DNA from: a virus
IMG/VR virus record: IMGVR_UViG_3300031774_000001
Direction: 5' to 3' (one strand)
DNA length: 64,000 nt
The notes under the pieces are model-generated. The model saw only the letters and a program-made list of their open reading frames with translations. It had not been told where the DNA came from and ran no database searches. Positions 29,276 through 39,093 of the stretch are shown piece after piece; the first letter of the stretch is position 1; each line of letters starts with the position of its first letter. The translations under genes and the position numbers were made by a program.

Positions 29276-31195
29276 ATGGCATTTCAAGTATCACCAGGTG
29301 TTCTCGTACAGGAAAAAGACTTAACAAGAATTATTCCTGCCGTTTCATCTTCTTCTGGAGCTTTTGCTGGACAATTCAGTAAAGGACCTCTTGATGAAGT
29401 TATAAGTATCGGTAGTGAATCTGAACTTGTATCAACGTTTGGAAAACCAGATAGCTCTAATTTTGAGAGTTATTTTAGTGCTTCAAACTTTTTACAATAT
29501 TCAAATAACTTGAAAGTAGTTCGTGTACAGAATTCATCTGTATCAAACGCAACTGAAAGTGGTAGTTCGTTTGTAATAAAAAATACTACTGATTACCAAA
29601 ACAACTATGCTGACGGTTCTGCTTCTGTAGGAATGTGGGCTAGTAGAACAGCTGGAGTATGGGGAAACAATTTAAGTGTTTCTTCTTGTCCATCTGCTAC
29701 TGCTTACGAAGAAGTTAACAAGACAACTGTTTCAGACGCTTCAACAAGTGTCGGAGATACTGTTGTAACTGTTGCTTCATCTACAGGAATAAGTGCTGGA
29801 GATATAGTTAACTTTGGTGATGAATATGAATATAGAGTTATTAGTATTGCTACTAATGACTTGAACATTGTACGAAAAGAAGAACCTTCTTACTATGGCA
29901 CAACTGACTCATCTGGATTACAAGCGACAATTACAAATGGCGCTCAAGTAAGACGAAGATGGAGATATTATGATTTATTTAACAAAGCACCAGGAACATC
30001 TGCTTACTCTCAACAAAGAGGTGGTAGTAATGACGAAATGCATATTGCAATCGTTGACGAAGATGGTGGAATTAATGGCGTTAAAGGCGAAGTACTAGAA
30101 AAATTTGAAGCAGTTTCAAAAGCTTCAGACGGTAAATCACCTCAAGGCGACACTAATTACTATTCAGACGTACTTTACAATTCAAGTAATTACGTTTATT
30201 GGATGGACCACAATGCTTCGGGTTCAAATTGGGGCACAGCAGCAGCTGGAACTACATTTACAGACGTAGCGTCTGTTAGTGATGTATCATTAATAAATGG
30301 TGCAGACGGTACTTCTGCTACAACTGCTCAAATTAAATCTGCTTATGAAAAATACCAAGACGCTGAAACAACAGAAGTTGGTCTTTTAATAGCAGGGGCT
30401 GGTGACGCAACACATATAGATAACTTAATTACAATCGCTGAGAAAAGAAAAGACGTAGTAGTTTTTGCTTCTCCAGAGAGAAGTGATGTAGTTAATGTGT
30501 CAAATTCAAATACACAAAAAGATAATGTTGTAAATTTCTTTAACGGAGTTGCTTCATCTTCTTATGTGTTCTTTGATAGTGGATACAAATATATGTACGA
30601 TAGATATAATGATGTCTATAGATATGTTCCTTTAAACGGAGATATGGCAGGACTAGCGGCAAGAACTGATATGGTTGCTGACGCTTGGTATTCACCTGCA
30701 GGTTTAAATAGAGGTATCGTTAGAGGTGCAGTTAAACTAGCATTTAATCCAACTCAATCTCAAAGAGATGAATTATACAGAGCAAGAGTAAATCCTGTGA
30801 CTACGTTCCCAGGACAAGGAACTGTATTGTTCGGAGATAAAACTGGATTGAAAACACCTAGTGCATTTGATAGAGTCAATGTCAGAAGATTGTTCATTAT
30901 TTTAGAAAAGGCAATTTCAACTGCTTCTAAAGTCCAACTATTTGAATTCAATGATGAATTCACTAGAGCTGGTTTTAGAAATATGGTAGAACCTTTTTTA
31001 AGAGAAGTACAAGGAAGACGAGGTATTACAGACTACCTAGTAGTTTGTGATGAAACTAACAACACAAGCGAAGTAGTGGATAGAAATGAATTTGTTGCTG
31101 AAATATTTGTAAAACCAGCAAGAAGTATCAACTTTATCTCATTGCAATTCGTTGCAACAAGAACAGGCGTTTCTTTTGAAGAAGTCGCAGGATAA
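29276..31195 (+). CDS. gp18: Tail sheath protein gp18
   Basis: SPGVLVQEKD, WYSPAGLNRG, FDRVNVRRLF, FEFNDEFTR, KPARSINFI. Confidence 0.97.
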   Translation: MAFQVSPGVLVQEKDLTRIIPAVSSSSGAFAGQFSKGPLDEVISIGSESELVSTFGKPDSSNFESYFSASNFLQYSNNLKVVRVQNSSVSNATESGSSFVIKNTTDYQNNYADGSASVGMWASRTAGVWGNNLSVSSCPSATAYEEVNKTTVSDASTSVGDTVVTVASSTGISAGDIVNFGDEYEYRVISIATNDLNIVRKEEPSYYGTTDSSGLQATITNGAQVRRRWRYYDLFNKAPGTSAYSQQRGGSNDEMHIAIVDEDGGINGVKGEVLEKFEAVSKASDGKSPQGDTNYYSDVLYNSSNYVYWMDHNASGSNWGTAAAGTTFTDVASVSDVSLINGADGTSATTAQIKSAYEKYQDAETTEVGLLIAGAGDATHIDNLITIAEKRKDVVVFASPERSDVVNVSNSNTQKDNVVNFFNGVASSSYVFFDSGYKYMYDRYNDVYRYVPLNGDMAGLAARTDMVADAWYSPAGLNRGIVRGAVKLAFNPTQSQRDELYRARVNPVTTFPGQGTVLFGDKTGLKTPSAFDRVNVRRLFIILEKAISTASKVQLFEFNDEFTRAGFRNMVEPFLREVQGRRGITDYLVVCDETNNTSEVVDRNEFVAEIFVKPARSINFISLQFVATRTGVSFEEVAG

Positions 31196-31215
31196 TTTAG
31201 GGGAGAAATAAAACA

Positions 31216-31743
31216 ATGGCAAACATAAATGATTTCAAAGCTAAACTGTCGGGCGGTGGAGCAAGAAGTAACCAATATAAAGTGGTTATGCCTTTTCCTG
31301 GCTACGCACAAGTTGGCGGAGAAATAGAAGACCTAGCATTTTTATGTCAAGCTGCTGAACTACCTGGTATGGCAATCACAACGATTGAAGTACCTTTTAG
31401 AGGCAGAGCAATAAAAATCGCTGGAGATAGAACAATAGCGGATTGGAATATCAAAGTAATAAATGATACTAATTTCAAATTGCGTAATGCATTTGAAAGA
31501 TGGATGAATGGTATTAATAATATGACTGATAACGAAGGATTAACAAATCCTGTAGATTACCAAGTAGACGCATTTGTAGACCAATTGGATAGAAACGGAA
31601 ATACTATCAAGTCATACACTTTAAGAGGTGTATTTCCTGCAAGTATTAACGCAATTCCTTTGGATTACGCTGCTAAGGGTGATTTATCAGAAACAAGTAT
31701 TACATTATCGTTCCAATACTTTGAAAGTAACACAACTACTTAA
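31216..31743 (+). CDS. gp19: Tail tube protein gp19
   Basis: GGGARSN, VPFRGR-x-IKIAGDRT, synteny. Confidence 0.95.
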   Translation: MANINDFKAKLSGGGARSNQYKVVMPFPGYAQVGGEIEDLAFLCQAAELPGMAITTIEVPFRGRAIKIAGDRTIADWNIKVINDTNFKLRNAFERWMNGINNMTDNEGLTNPVDYQVDAFVDQLDRNGNTIKSYTLRGVFPASINAIPLDYAAKGDLSETSITLSFQYFESNTTT

Positions 31744-31751
31744 TCTTTCAT

Positions 31752-31759
31752 TATAAATA
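31752..31759 (+). promoter_or_regulatory. T4-type late promoter TATAAATA
   Basis: Exact consensus before gp20. Confidence 0.75.
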
Positions 31760-31786
31760 GTATTGAAAGTTTTAAGGAGATAAATT

Positions 31787-33316
31787 ATGGCTGAATTATT
31801 TGGATTTTCTATAACTCGGGTTAAAAAACCTACGGATCCAAAACAAGCATTTACACAACCACAAGCGGATGATGGAACACAAACCATCGCCGCTGGTGGG
31901 TATTATGGTCAATACTTGGATATGGAAGGTCAGTCAAAGACTGAACACGACCTTATCAGACGTTATAGAGAAATAGCATTGCATCCTGAATGCGATATGG
32001 CAATAGAGGATATTATCAACGAGTCAATTGTTGCTAATGAACTCAAAGACGCAATAAGAATAAACCTAGATAACTTACCATTCGGTAAGGAAGTTAGAAG
32101 AAAAATAGAAGACGAGTTTAAAGAAGTATTAAGGTTGATGAACTTTAATACAAAAGGTCACGATATCTTTAGAAGATGGTACGTAGACGGTAGAGTATAT
32201 TATCATAAAGTAATTGATAGAGAATCTACAAGAAAAGGTATTACAGAATTAAGATACATAGACCCTAGAAAAATCAAAAAAATTAGAGAAGTAAGAAAAA
32301 GAAGACCAGACGGTCCTACTCCATATGGATTAAACGTCATTGATGATGTTAAAGAATACTTTTTATACAATGAAAAAGGAGTTACAAATACTACATCAGG
32401 TGGAATTAAAATTGCTGTTGACGCAATAGCATTTTGTCCTAGTGGATTAATAGACCAAAATAAAAATATGGTCTTATCATATTTACATAAGGCAATTAAA
32501 CCTGTTAATCAATTACGTATGATTGAGGACGCAAGTGTTATTTACAGAATAGCAAGAGCGCCTGAAAGACGTATATTTAAAATTGATGTTGGTAATTTAC
32601 CGAAGATAAAAGCAGAACAATACTTACGTGATGTTATGGCAAGATATAGAAACAAACTTGTTTATGACGCAAACACAGGTGAGATACGTGATGACAGAAA
32701 CTATATGTCAATGCTTGAAGACTTTTGGTTACCAAGTAGAGATGGAGGAAGAGGAACAGATATTACTACTTTACCAGGTGGACAACAACTTGGTGAAATG
32801 GGAGATATAGAATACTTTAGAAGTAAATTATATCGTTCTTTAAATGTTCCTGCTAGTAGATTAGAAGCGTCAACTGGATTTAATCTAGGACGTTCAACTG
32901 AAATTACTAGAGATGAACTTAAATTTACAAAATTTGTTCAAAGATTAAGAAAGAAATTTACTGAAGTATTTAACGATATATTAAGAACTCAATTAGTTTT
33001 AAAAGCCGTAATTACGGATGAAGATTGGCATATTGTAAGAGACCATTTACAATACGACTTTTTACAAGATGGACATTTTGCTGAACTAAAAGATTCTGAA
33101 TTATTGTTAGAAAGAATAAGACTTGCTGATTCAGTAAGAGAGTATGTTGGTAAGTACTTTTCAGTAGAGTACGTAAGAAAAAAAATCTTACGTCAAAATG
33201 ATAGGGAGATTGAAGATATAAACAATCAGATTAGAAAAGAAGTTAAAGATGGTGTTATTGCTGACCCTATGCAACAATATACAGCACATAAAGATGAAAT
33301 AGAAGGAGATATGTAA
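31787..33316 (+). CDS. gp20: Portal protein gp20
   Basis: RRWYVDGR, YRIARAPERRIF, EDFWLP, EITRDELKF. Confidence 0.97.
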   Translation: MAELFGFSITRVKKPTDPKQAFTQPQADDGTQTIAAGGYYGQYLDMEGQSKTEHDLIRRYREIALHPECDMAIEDIINESIVANELKDAIRINLDNLPFGKEVRRKIEDEFKEVLRLMNFNTKGHDIFRRWYVDGRVYYHKVIDRESTRKGITELRYIDPRKIKKIREVRKRRPDGPTPYGLNVIDDVKEYFLYNEKGVTNTTSGGIKIAVDAIAFCPSGLIDQNKNMVLSYLHKAIKPVNQLRMIEDASVIYRIARAPERRIFKIDVGNLPKIKAEQYLRDVMARYRNKLVYDANTGEIRDDRNYMSMLEDFWLPSRDGGRGTDITTLPGGQQLGEMGDIEYFRSKLYRSLNVPASRLEASTGFNLGRSTEITRDELKFTKFVQRLRKKFTEVFNDILRTQLVLKAVITDEDWHIVRDHLQYDFLQDGHFAELKDSELLLERIRLADSVREYVGKYFSVEYVRKKILRQNDREIEDINNQIRKEVKDGVIADPMQQYTAHKDEIEGDM

Positions 33317-33669
33317 TGGCAGACGCAAGTATTCCAAGTAAGACAGCAGAATTTATTGATAAATTGCAACAAGGGAAAAATGCAGACGCAGGAGAGGCAT
33401 TTAAGGATGCTTTAAGAGATAAAGTAGCAAGTGCTCTTGACAAACAAAGAGTAGATGTAGCAGCTAAAGTTTTTAAAGGTGTAGAACCTGAAAAATTTAG
33501 TGCTCCTAAACCTGCAGTAACAGACCCGAGTGCAAGAACTGATAAAATTATGGATACAGATGGAAAAGAAATCGCTTTTGAACCGAAAGAACCGGCTCCA
33601 GAAGCACCAGAACCTGTAGCACCAGAAATGGCGCCAGGACACGAAACACCACCAGACGCAGGTGTATAG
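33316..33669 (+). CDS. Putative prohead core protein (gp67-like position)
   Basis: Directly after portal; helical N-terminus, acidic/Pro-rich tail. Confidence 0.45.
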   Translation: MADASIPSKTAEFIDKLQQGKNADAGEAFKDALRDKVASALDKQRVDVAAKVFKGVEPEKFSAPKPAVTDPSARTDKIMDTDGKEIAFEPKEPAPEAPEPVAPEMAPGHETPPDAGV

Positions 33670-33671
33670 AA

Positions 33672-33926
33672 ATGGATAACGAATATTTTTTTACAAGTAA
33701 AATATTTGAAGATACAAAGTATCTTGACTCTAAAAGTTATGGAGATTTATCTCCTAGATTAAAGTTAGCAGTACAAGATACTTTCAGTCTAATTGAAAGA
33801 ACGTCTGGAGATATTATAACTAAATTTGAGTCTTCAGTAGATAAAGTTGCTGAAGCAAGAAAAATAAATAAAGAAGAACTATACAAATATTTTGATAACG
33901 AAGTAAACGAACAATTAGGAGAGTAG
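33672..33926 (+). CDS. Hypothetical head-module protein
   Basis: Between gp20 and gp21. Confidence 0.45.
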   Translation: MDNEYFFTSKIFEDTKYLDSKSYGDLSPRLKLAVQDTFSLIERTSGDIITKFESSVDKVAEARKINKEELYKYFDNEVNEQLGE

Positions 33927-33927
33927 T

Positions 33928-34164
33928 ATGGCGTGGGTAGATGTACCAGGATCAAATAGTGTTTGGGAGTATGAAAATACTGCCACGGCATCCAATACAT
34001 ATGCAGACGCACCTGGAACTTATTCAGGTGGTATAAGAACTTATACAACTCCTGGAACTGGCGTAGTAAATAAGGTCTATGCTAGATGTAGAAAAAAAGG
34101 AACAACAGTAGAGCGTGGTGAATTATCTAAAGATTTTTATGACGCAACACATTTAGGATTCTAA
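33928..34164 (+). CDS. Hypothetical protein
   Basis: SD GGAG; coupled to the next gene. Confidence 0.5.
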   Translation: MAWVDVPGSNSVWEYENTATASNTYADAPGTYSGGIRTYTTPGTGVVNKVYARCRKKGTTVERGELSKDFYDATHLGF

Positions 34165-34556
34165 TGGCAGATACAGTTACAACACAAACAATAGCAGATA
34201 CATCTGGAGTTAAATATGTTATAAAAATGACTAACTTTTCAGATGGTTCTGGAGAAACTAACGTACAAAAAATAGACGCTTCAGCGACTACTTTTATGAG
34301 TGAAGATGGTGAAAGACGTATAGCAAGAGTATATTATTCAGTTAACGTATCAGACGCAAAATCTGGTGTGGAATTGATATGGGACGGTGCTACAAATTCT
34401 ACTGCTTTATTTCTTTCAGGACAAGGAACAATAGATTTAAGAACTGATGGAAACTCATTTAAAAATGACGCAACTACACCAACAGGTGATGTATTGTTAA
34501 GTACAAAGAATTTTGCTAAAGGCGATAACTACTCATTAATCGTTGAATTTAGATAA
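34164..34556 (+). CDS. Hypothetical virion protein
   Basis: Beta-rich, TGDVLLST; in the head module. Confidence 0.5.
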   Translation: MADTVTTQTIADTSGVKYVIKMTNFSDGSGETNVQKIDASATTFMSEDGERRIARVYYSVNVSDAKSGVELIWDGATNSTALFLSGQGTIDLRTDGNSFKNDATTPTGDVLLSTKNFAKGDNYSLIVEFR

Positions 34557-34563
34557 GAAATCT

Positions 34564-34571
34564 TATAAATA
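34564..34571 (+). promoter_or_regulatory. T4-type late promoter TATAAATA
   Basis: Exact consensus before gp21. Confidence 0.75.
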
Positions 34572-34590
34572 ATAGAGAAGAGAGAGAACA

Positions 34591-35238
34591 ATGAAACTAA
34601 TTACCGAAGAAGCTGCTCAATCACAATTTATAGTTGAAGAGGTTGGTGGCAAGAAAAATTACAAAATCAAAGGTGTCTTTTTACAAGCAGATATCAAAAA
34701 TAGGAATGGAAGAGTCTATCCTAAAGAGATATTAGAAAAAGAAGTTTCAAGATATAATAGAGAATTTATCAACAAAAGACGTGCATTTGGTGAGTTAGGA
34801 CATCCTGACGGACCAGTTGTAAATCTTGAAAGAGTAAGTCATATGATAACAGACTTACATCCTGACGGTTCAAATTTTGTTGGTGAAGCAAAAGTGATGG
34901 ATACACCATATGGTAAGATTGTTAAAAATCTTATTAACGAAGGTGCTCAATTAGGAGTGTCTTCAAGAGGTATGGGATCACTAGTGCGAGGACGTGGCGG
35001 AGTTAATGAAGTAGGAAGAGATTTTTACTTAGCAACTGCCGCTGACATTGTAGCAGACCCAAGCGCTCCTGACGCTTTCGTAGAAGGCATTATGGAAAAT
35101 AAAGAGTGGGTATGGGATAATGGTGTTATCAAAGAGAGAGATATTGAAGAGTGGAAACAGTACATAAATGAAGCTAAAAGACTACGTTTAGCAGAAGCAA
35201 AAGCTAAAGTCTTTAAAGAATTCATTGAAAAACTGTAA
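34591..35238 (+). CDS. gp21: Prohead protease gp21
   Basis: NRNGRVYP, GELGHP, GVSSRGMGS, DIVADPSAPDAFV. Confidence 0.96.
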   Translation: MKLITEEAAQSQFIVEEVGGKKNYKIKGVFLQADIKNRNGRVYPKEILEKEVSRYNREFINKRRAFGELGHPDGPVVNLERVSHMITDLHPDGSNFVGEAKVMDTPYGKIVKNLINEGAQLGVSSRGMGSLVRGRGGVNEVGRDFYLATAADIVADPSAPDAFVEGIMENKEWVWDNGVIKERDIEEWKQYINEAKRLRLAEAKAKVFKEFIEKL

Positions 35239-35241
35239 TCT

Positions 35242-35249
35242 TATAAATA
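35242..35249 (+). promoter_or_regulatory. T4-type late promoter TATAAATA
   Basis: Exact consensus before gp22. Confidence 0.75.
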
Positions 35250-35306
35250 TCTATTAATAAAGAGAAATAATTTAAACGTTTAAATTAATTAAGGAGATTT
35301 ATTCTT

Positions 35307-36542
35307 ATGGCCGATACAGAACAAAAATTAGAGGCGTTAGAAGCAAAAGCAGTGGAAGAGGCGAATTCACCTAATCCAATGGCGGATGCTCCTAAAAAGA
35401 ATGCTGTTGCGGCTGAACCTTCTCATATTGCTAAAATGAGTGAATATGAAGATTTAGGTAAGGCAGTAGTAAAACCAACAGATTCAAATCCTGACGCAAC
35501 TAAAAAAGTTACAAAAGTTTCTGGACAAGCTCCTCAAAAATCACAAGGTGCTGCTGACCCAATGCCAAAATTATCGGGACACAACACTAAATTGGAGAAT
35601 AAAGAAACTAAAAAAGACGAAGACGGTAAAGAAATTAAAGAAGGCGATTTACCACCAGCACTTCAAAAAGCTATTGACGCTAAGAAAGACAAAGAAGACA
35701 AAAAAGATGTCAAAGAGTCTGACGAGAAAAAAGATGCTAAAAAAGATGACGCTGAGGTAAGAACTGAAGACGAAGATAAAGAAAAGAAAAAAGACATTGA
35801 CGTAAAAGAACACGTTGACGCCTTAATCGCTGGAGAGAAAGACTTAACCGAAGAGTTTAAGACAAAAGCTGCAACCATTTTTGAAGCGGCAATCAAATCT
35901 AAAGTAAAAGAAATTGCTGAAGAAATGGAAACAGATTATAATACTAAATTAGAGCAAGAAAGTGCTAAAGCAAAATCTGAATTAACTGAAAAAGTTGATT
36001 CTTACCTTGCATACGTTGTTGAAGAGTGGATGAAAGAAAACGAAATCGCTCTTGAAAGAGGTATCAAAGGAGAAATTGCTGAAGACTTTATCAATGGTCT
36101 GAAAAAATTATTTGAAGACCACTACATTGATGTTCCAGATGAAAAATATAACGTGCTTGAAGACCAAGCAGGTAAAATTGAAAAACTGGAAAAAGACCTC
36201 AATGAGCAGATTGAAAAAAATGTTGAGTTAAATAAGGAAGTTGGAACTAAAGTTAGAGATGAAATCAAAGCTAAAGTTTCTGAAGACCTTGCTGACACAG
36301 CAAAAGAAAAATTTGCTAAACTTGCTGAAGAGATTGAGTACTCTAACGCTGAAGACTATCAAAAGAAATTAGAAACTGTTAAAGAATCTTATTTTGGAAA
36401 GAAAACTCCGACTGCTGAAGAGAAACTAGATGATGGAGCGGCAGATGGATCAACACCAATTGGTGAAGATTTATCAAAATCTATGGCTGCTTACAGCGCC
36501 GCTATAAGCAAAACTAAAGACATTAAGTTGTCTATTAAGTAA
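35307..36542 (+). CDS. gp22: Prohead scaffolding protein gp22
   Basis: KAATIFEAA, YVVEEWM-x-EN, acidic coiled coil; between gp21 and gp23. Confidence 0.92.
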   Translation: MADTEQKLEALEAKAVEEANSPNPMADAPKKNAVAAEPSHIAKMSEYEDLGKAVVKPTDSNPDATKKVTKVSGQAPQKSQGAADPMPKLSGHNTKLENKETKKDEDGKEIKEGDLPPALQKAIDAKKDKEDKKDVKESDEKKDAKKDDAEVRTEDEDKEKKKDIDVKEHVDALIAGEKDLTEEFKTKAATIFEAAIKSKVKEIAEEMETDYNTKLEQESAKAKSELTEKVDSYLAYVVEEWMKENEIALERGIKGEIAEDFINGLKKLFEDHYIDVPDEKYNVLEDQAGKIEKLEKDLNEQIEKNVELNKEVGTKVRDEIKAKVSEDLADTAKEKFAKLAEEIEYSNAEDYQKKLETVKESYFGKKTPTAEEKLDDGAADGSTPIGEDLSKSMAAYSAAISKTKDIKLSIK

Positions 36543-36564
36543 ATATAAAGGGAGATAAACACAT

Positions 36565-37905
36565 ATGTACTTATCTGAAACACACGAAAAAAAATGGCAG
36601 CCAGTACTAGAGCATCCTGATTTACCAAAAATTACTGATGCTTATAGACGTGCCGTTACATCTGTGATATTAGAAAACCAAGAACGTGCTTCTAAAGAAG
36701 ATAACGCTTACTTGGCTGAAGCTGCTCCGACTAACGCAACAGGTAGTGCTGTTGCAAATTGGGATCCAATCCTAATTTCACTAGTTAGACGAGCTATGCC
36801 TAATCTAATCGCATACGACATTGCAGGTGTTCAACCAATGACAGGTCCTACAGGACTTATATTCGCAATGAGAAGTAGATATACTTCACAAACAGGCGGA
36901 GAGTCGTTCTTTGATGAAGCTGATACAGATTTTTCAGGCAGAAATGCTGCTGGATCTTCTGTTGACGGTTATTCAGCAACAGACCACGCAGGAACTAATC
37001 CTGGTGTATTAAACGACGGTTCACCTGGAACTTATACTAAAGGCGAAGCAATGACTACAGCGAAAGCTGAAGCATTAGGCGACGCTAGCGGTAATGCATT
37101 TGCTGAAATGGCTTTCTCAATAGAGAAATCTACGGTAACTGCTAAATCAAGAGCTCTTAAAGCTGAATACACTATGGAACTTGCTCAAGACTTAAAAGCA
37201 ATCCACGGTTTAGACGCAGAAACAGAACTTGCAAACATCTTATCAGCTGAAATTTTAGCTGAAATCAATAGAGAAGTTGTAAGAACTATCTACATCAATT
37301 CAGAAAAAGGTGCTCAAACTGGTAACGTAACTACAGCGGGAATTTTTGACCTAGATACAGACTCAAATGGCAGATGGTCAGTTGAGAGATTCAAAGGTCT
37401 TATGTTCCAACTTGAAAGAGATGCTAATAGAATTGCACAAAGAACCAGAAGAGGAAAAGGTAATATAATTATCTGTTCTTCTGATGTTGCTTCTGCTCTT
37501 CAAATGGCAGGCGTATTAGACTACACACCAGCTCTTAACAACAACCTAAACGTTGATGACACAGGTAATACTTTTGCAGGTGTTCTTAACGGTAGATTTA
37601 AAGTATACATTGATCCTTACTCAGCTAATAGTGCTGCTAAACAGTACTACGTTGTTGGATACAAAGGTACTTCACCATATGACGCAGGAATATTCTATTG
37701 CCCATATGTACCTCTACAAATGGTTAGAGCTGTTGGACAAGACACTTTCCAACCAAAAATCGGATTCAAGACTAGATATGGCTTAATCGCTAATCCATTC
37801 GCTGAAACTGGTGCTCAGTCAGGTGCTGCTACAGCAGTAAATGACGCTGGAAGTGCTAACTCTAATAGATACTACCAAAAAGTTCAAGTTGCTAACTTGA
37901 TGTAA
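36565..37905 (+). CDS. gp23: Major capsid protein gp23
   Basis: VQPMTGPTGLIFAMR, KSRALKAEYT-x-ELAQDLKAIHGLDAE, FQPKIGFKTRYG. Confidence 0.98.
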   Translation: MYLSETHEKKWQPVLEHPDLPKITDAYRRAVTSVILENQERASKEDNAYLAEAAPTNATGSAVANWDPILISLVRRAMPNLIAYDIAGVQPMTGPTGLIFAMRSRYTSQTGGESFFDEADTDFSGRNAAGSSVDGYSATDHAGTNPGVLNDGSPGTYTKGEAMTTAKAEALGDASGNAFAEMAFSIEKSTVTAKSRALKAEYTMELAQDLKAIHGLDAETELANILSAEILAEINREVVRTIYINSEKGAQTGNVTTAGIFDLDTDSNGRWSVERFKGLMFQLERDANRIAQRTRRGKGNIIICSSDVASALQMAGVLDYTPALNNNLNVDDTGNTFAGVLNGRFKVYIDPYSANSAAKQYYVVGYKGTSPYDAGIFYCPYVPLQMVRAVGQDTFQPKIGFKTRYGLIANPFAETGAQSGAATAVNDAGSANSNRYYQKVQVANLM

Positions 37906-37938
37906 TATCATTGGTTAGAAACATTTTCTAACAGAATT

Positions 37939-37968
37939 AAAAGGGGAGTTTTTACTCCCCTTTTTTTT
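37939..37968 (+). terminator. Rho-independent terminator after gp23
   Basis: AAAAGGGGAGT-TTTT-ACTCCCC followed by T8. Confidence 0.9.
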
Positions 37969-37983
37969 GGCCTAATTTTCGCA

Positions 37984-37991
37984 TATAAATA
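37984..37991 (+). promoter_or_regulatory. T4-type late promoter, 5 nt from the gp3 ATG
   Basis: TATAAATA-GTACT-ATG. Confidence 0.75.
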
Positions 37992-37996
37992 GTACT

Positions 37997-38623
37997 ATGA
38001 CAATAGAACAATCATACAAAAGACAACCAACGAAGTTTGATTATGCAGCTCCAACGCAGTTTAAATTTACTATTACAAAACTTCCTAAAGTAGAATTTTT
38101 TTGTACGGCAGTAAATTTACCAGGCATAACACTAGAAGGTATGATGGAACAACAAACACCATTAAAAAATATACCTGTACCTGGAGATAAACTAGCGTAT
38201 GCTCCTCTTACTATGGACTTTATGGTTGATGAAAATTTAGAAAACTATAGAGAGATACACGGTTGGTTAACTGGTCTAGGTTTTCCTAAAGATAGAAAAG
38301 AATTTAGAGATTTACTTGGTGGTGGTGCAGATAGATTTCCAACATCTACTGGTAGAAAACAAGAAACAGACGCAGGTATAATAAGAAACCAAGCAGGTGC
38401 TACTGGTGCTGTTTATTCAGACGCAACATTAAGTATATTAACAAGTAAAAATACAACAAATATTCAAGTCAGATTCGCAGACGTATTCCCTACATCTTTA
38501 TCTGGATTGAATTATAATCAACAACAAACGGATGTAAACTATTTAATAGCAACAGTTAACTTTCAATACAAAATATATGAATTTGCAGAAGGAAGTGGAC
38601 AAACTTCGGTAACAGTTACGTAA
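37997..38623 (+). CDS. gp3: Tail completion protein gp3
   Basis: P-x-VEFFC...NLPG, VDENLENY-x-EIH-x-W, FPTSLS; synteny. Confidence 0.85.
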   Translation: MTIEQSYKRQPTKFDYAAPTQFKFTITKLPKVEFFCTAVNLPGITLEGMMEQQTPLKNIPVPGDKLAYAPLTMDFMVDENLENYREIHGWLTGLGFPKDRKEFRDLLGGGADRFPTSTGRKQETDAGIIRNQAGATGAVYSDATLSILTSKNTTNIQVRFADVFPTSLSGLNYNQQQTDVNYLIATVNFQYKIYEFAEGSGQTSVTVT

Positions 38624-38628
38624 GAAAC

Positions 38629-38657
38629 TTTACTTTTCTATTATAATATGTTATAGT
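38629..38657 (+). promoter_or_regulatory. Sigma70-like promoter for uvsY
   Basis: TTTACT-N17-TATAGT with TG extended -10. Confidence 0.5.
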
Positions 38658-38664
38658 GATAATT

Positions 38665-39093
38665 ATGGATTTAGAACAATTACAAGAACAAGCAGACAAA
38701 GACTTAAAAATTAACGATAGTGAACTTGATTTAGAATCAATCAAAACACCTCAATTACATAACCAATATCTCAAACACTTAACAAAGTTTAAGTTAATGT
38801 TAAGTAGAGCAGAAAGTGAATTACATATAGTTAAAAGAGGTAAGTGGGAATACTATACAGGTAAAGCAGACCCTAGCGTCTATATTGAAAAACCTTTTAA
38901 CTTAAAAATATTAAGGCAAGACGTAGATAAGTATATTGATTCAGACGAAGAAGTTATTAGAGCAAAACAAAAGGTTGATTATCTCAATACAGTTGTTGAT
39001 TTTTTAGATAGAAGTATTAGACAAATTACAAATAGAACATTTACTATTAAGAACGCAATTGATTGGAAGAAGTTTACATCAGGAGCCATTTAA
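38665..39093 (+). CDS. uvsY: Recombination mediator UvsY (ATG start at 38665 preferred)
   Basis: KWEYYTGKA, RTFTIKNAIDWKKF; synteny. Confidence 0.88.
   Translation: MDLEQLQEQADKDLKINDSELDLESIKTPQLHNQYLKHLTKFKLMLSRAESELHIVKRGKWEYYTGKADPSVYIEKPFNLKILRQDVDKYIDSDEEVIRAKQKVDYLNTVVDFLDRSIRQITNRTFTIKNAIDWKKFTSGAI

Noticed and set aside
37914-37932. GTTAGAA-ACATT-TTCTAAC as an Irr iron-control element
   Set aside because: The spacing differs from TTTAGAA-N3-TTCTAAA, and it lies between the gp23 stop and its terminator. More likely a 3' UTR hairpin.
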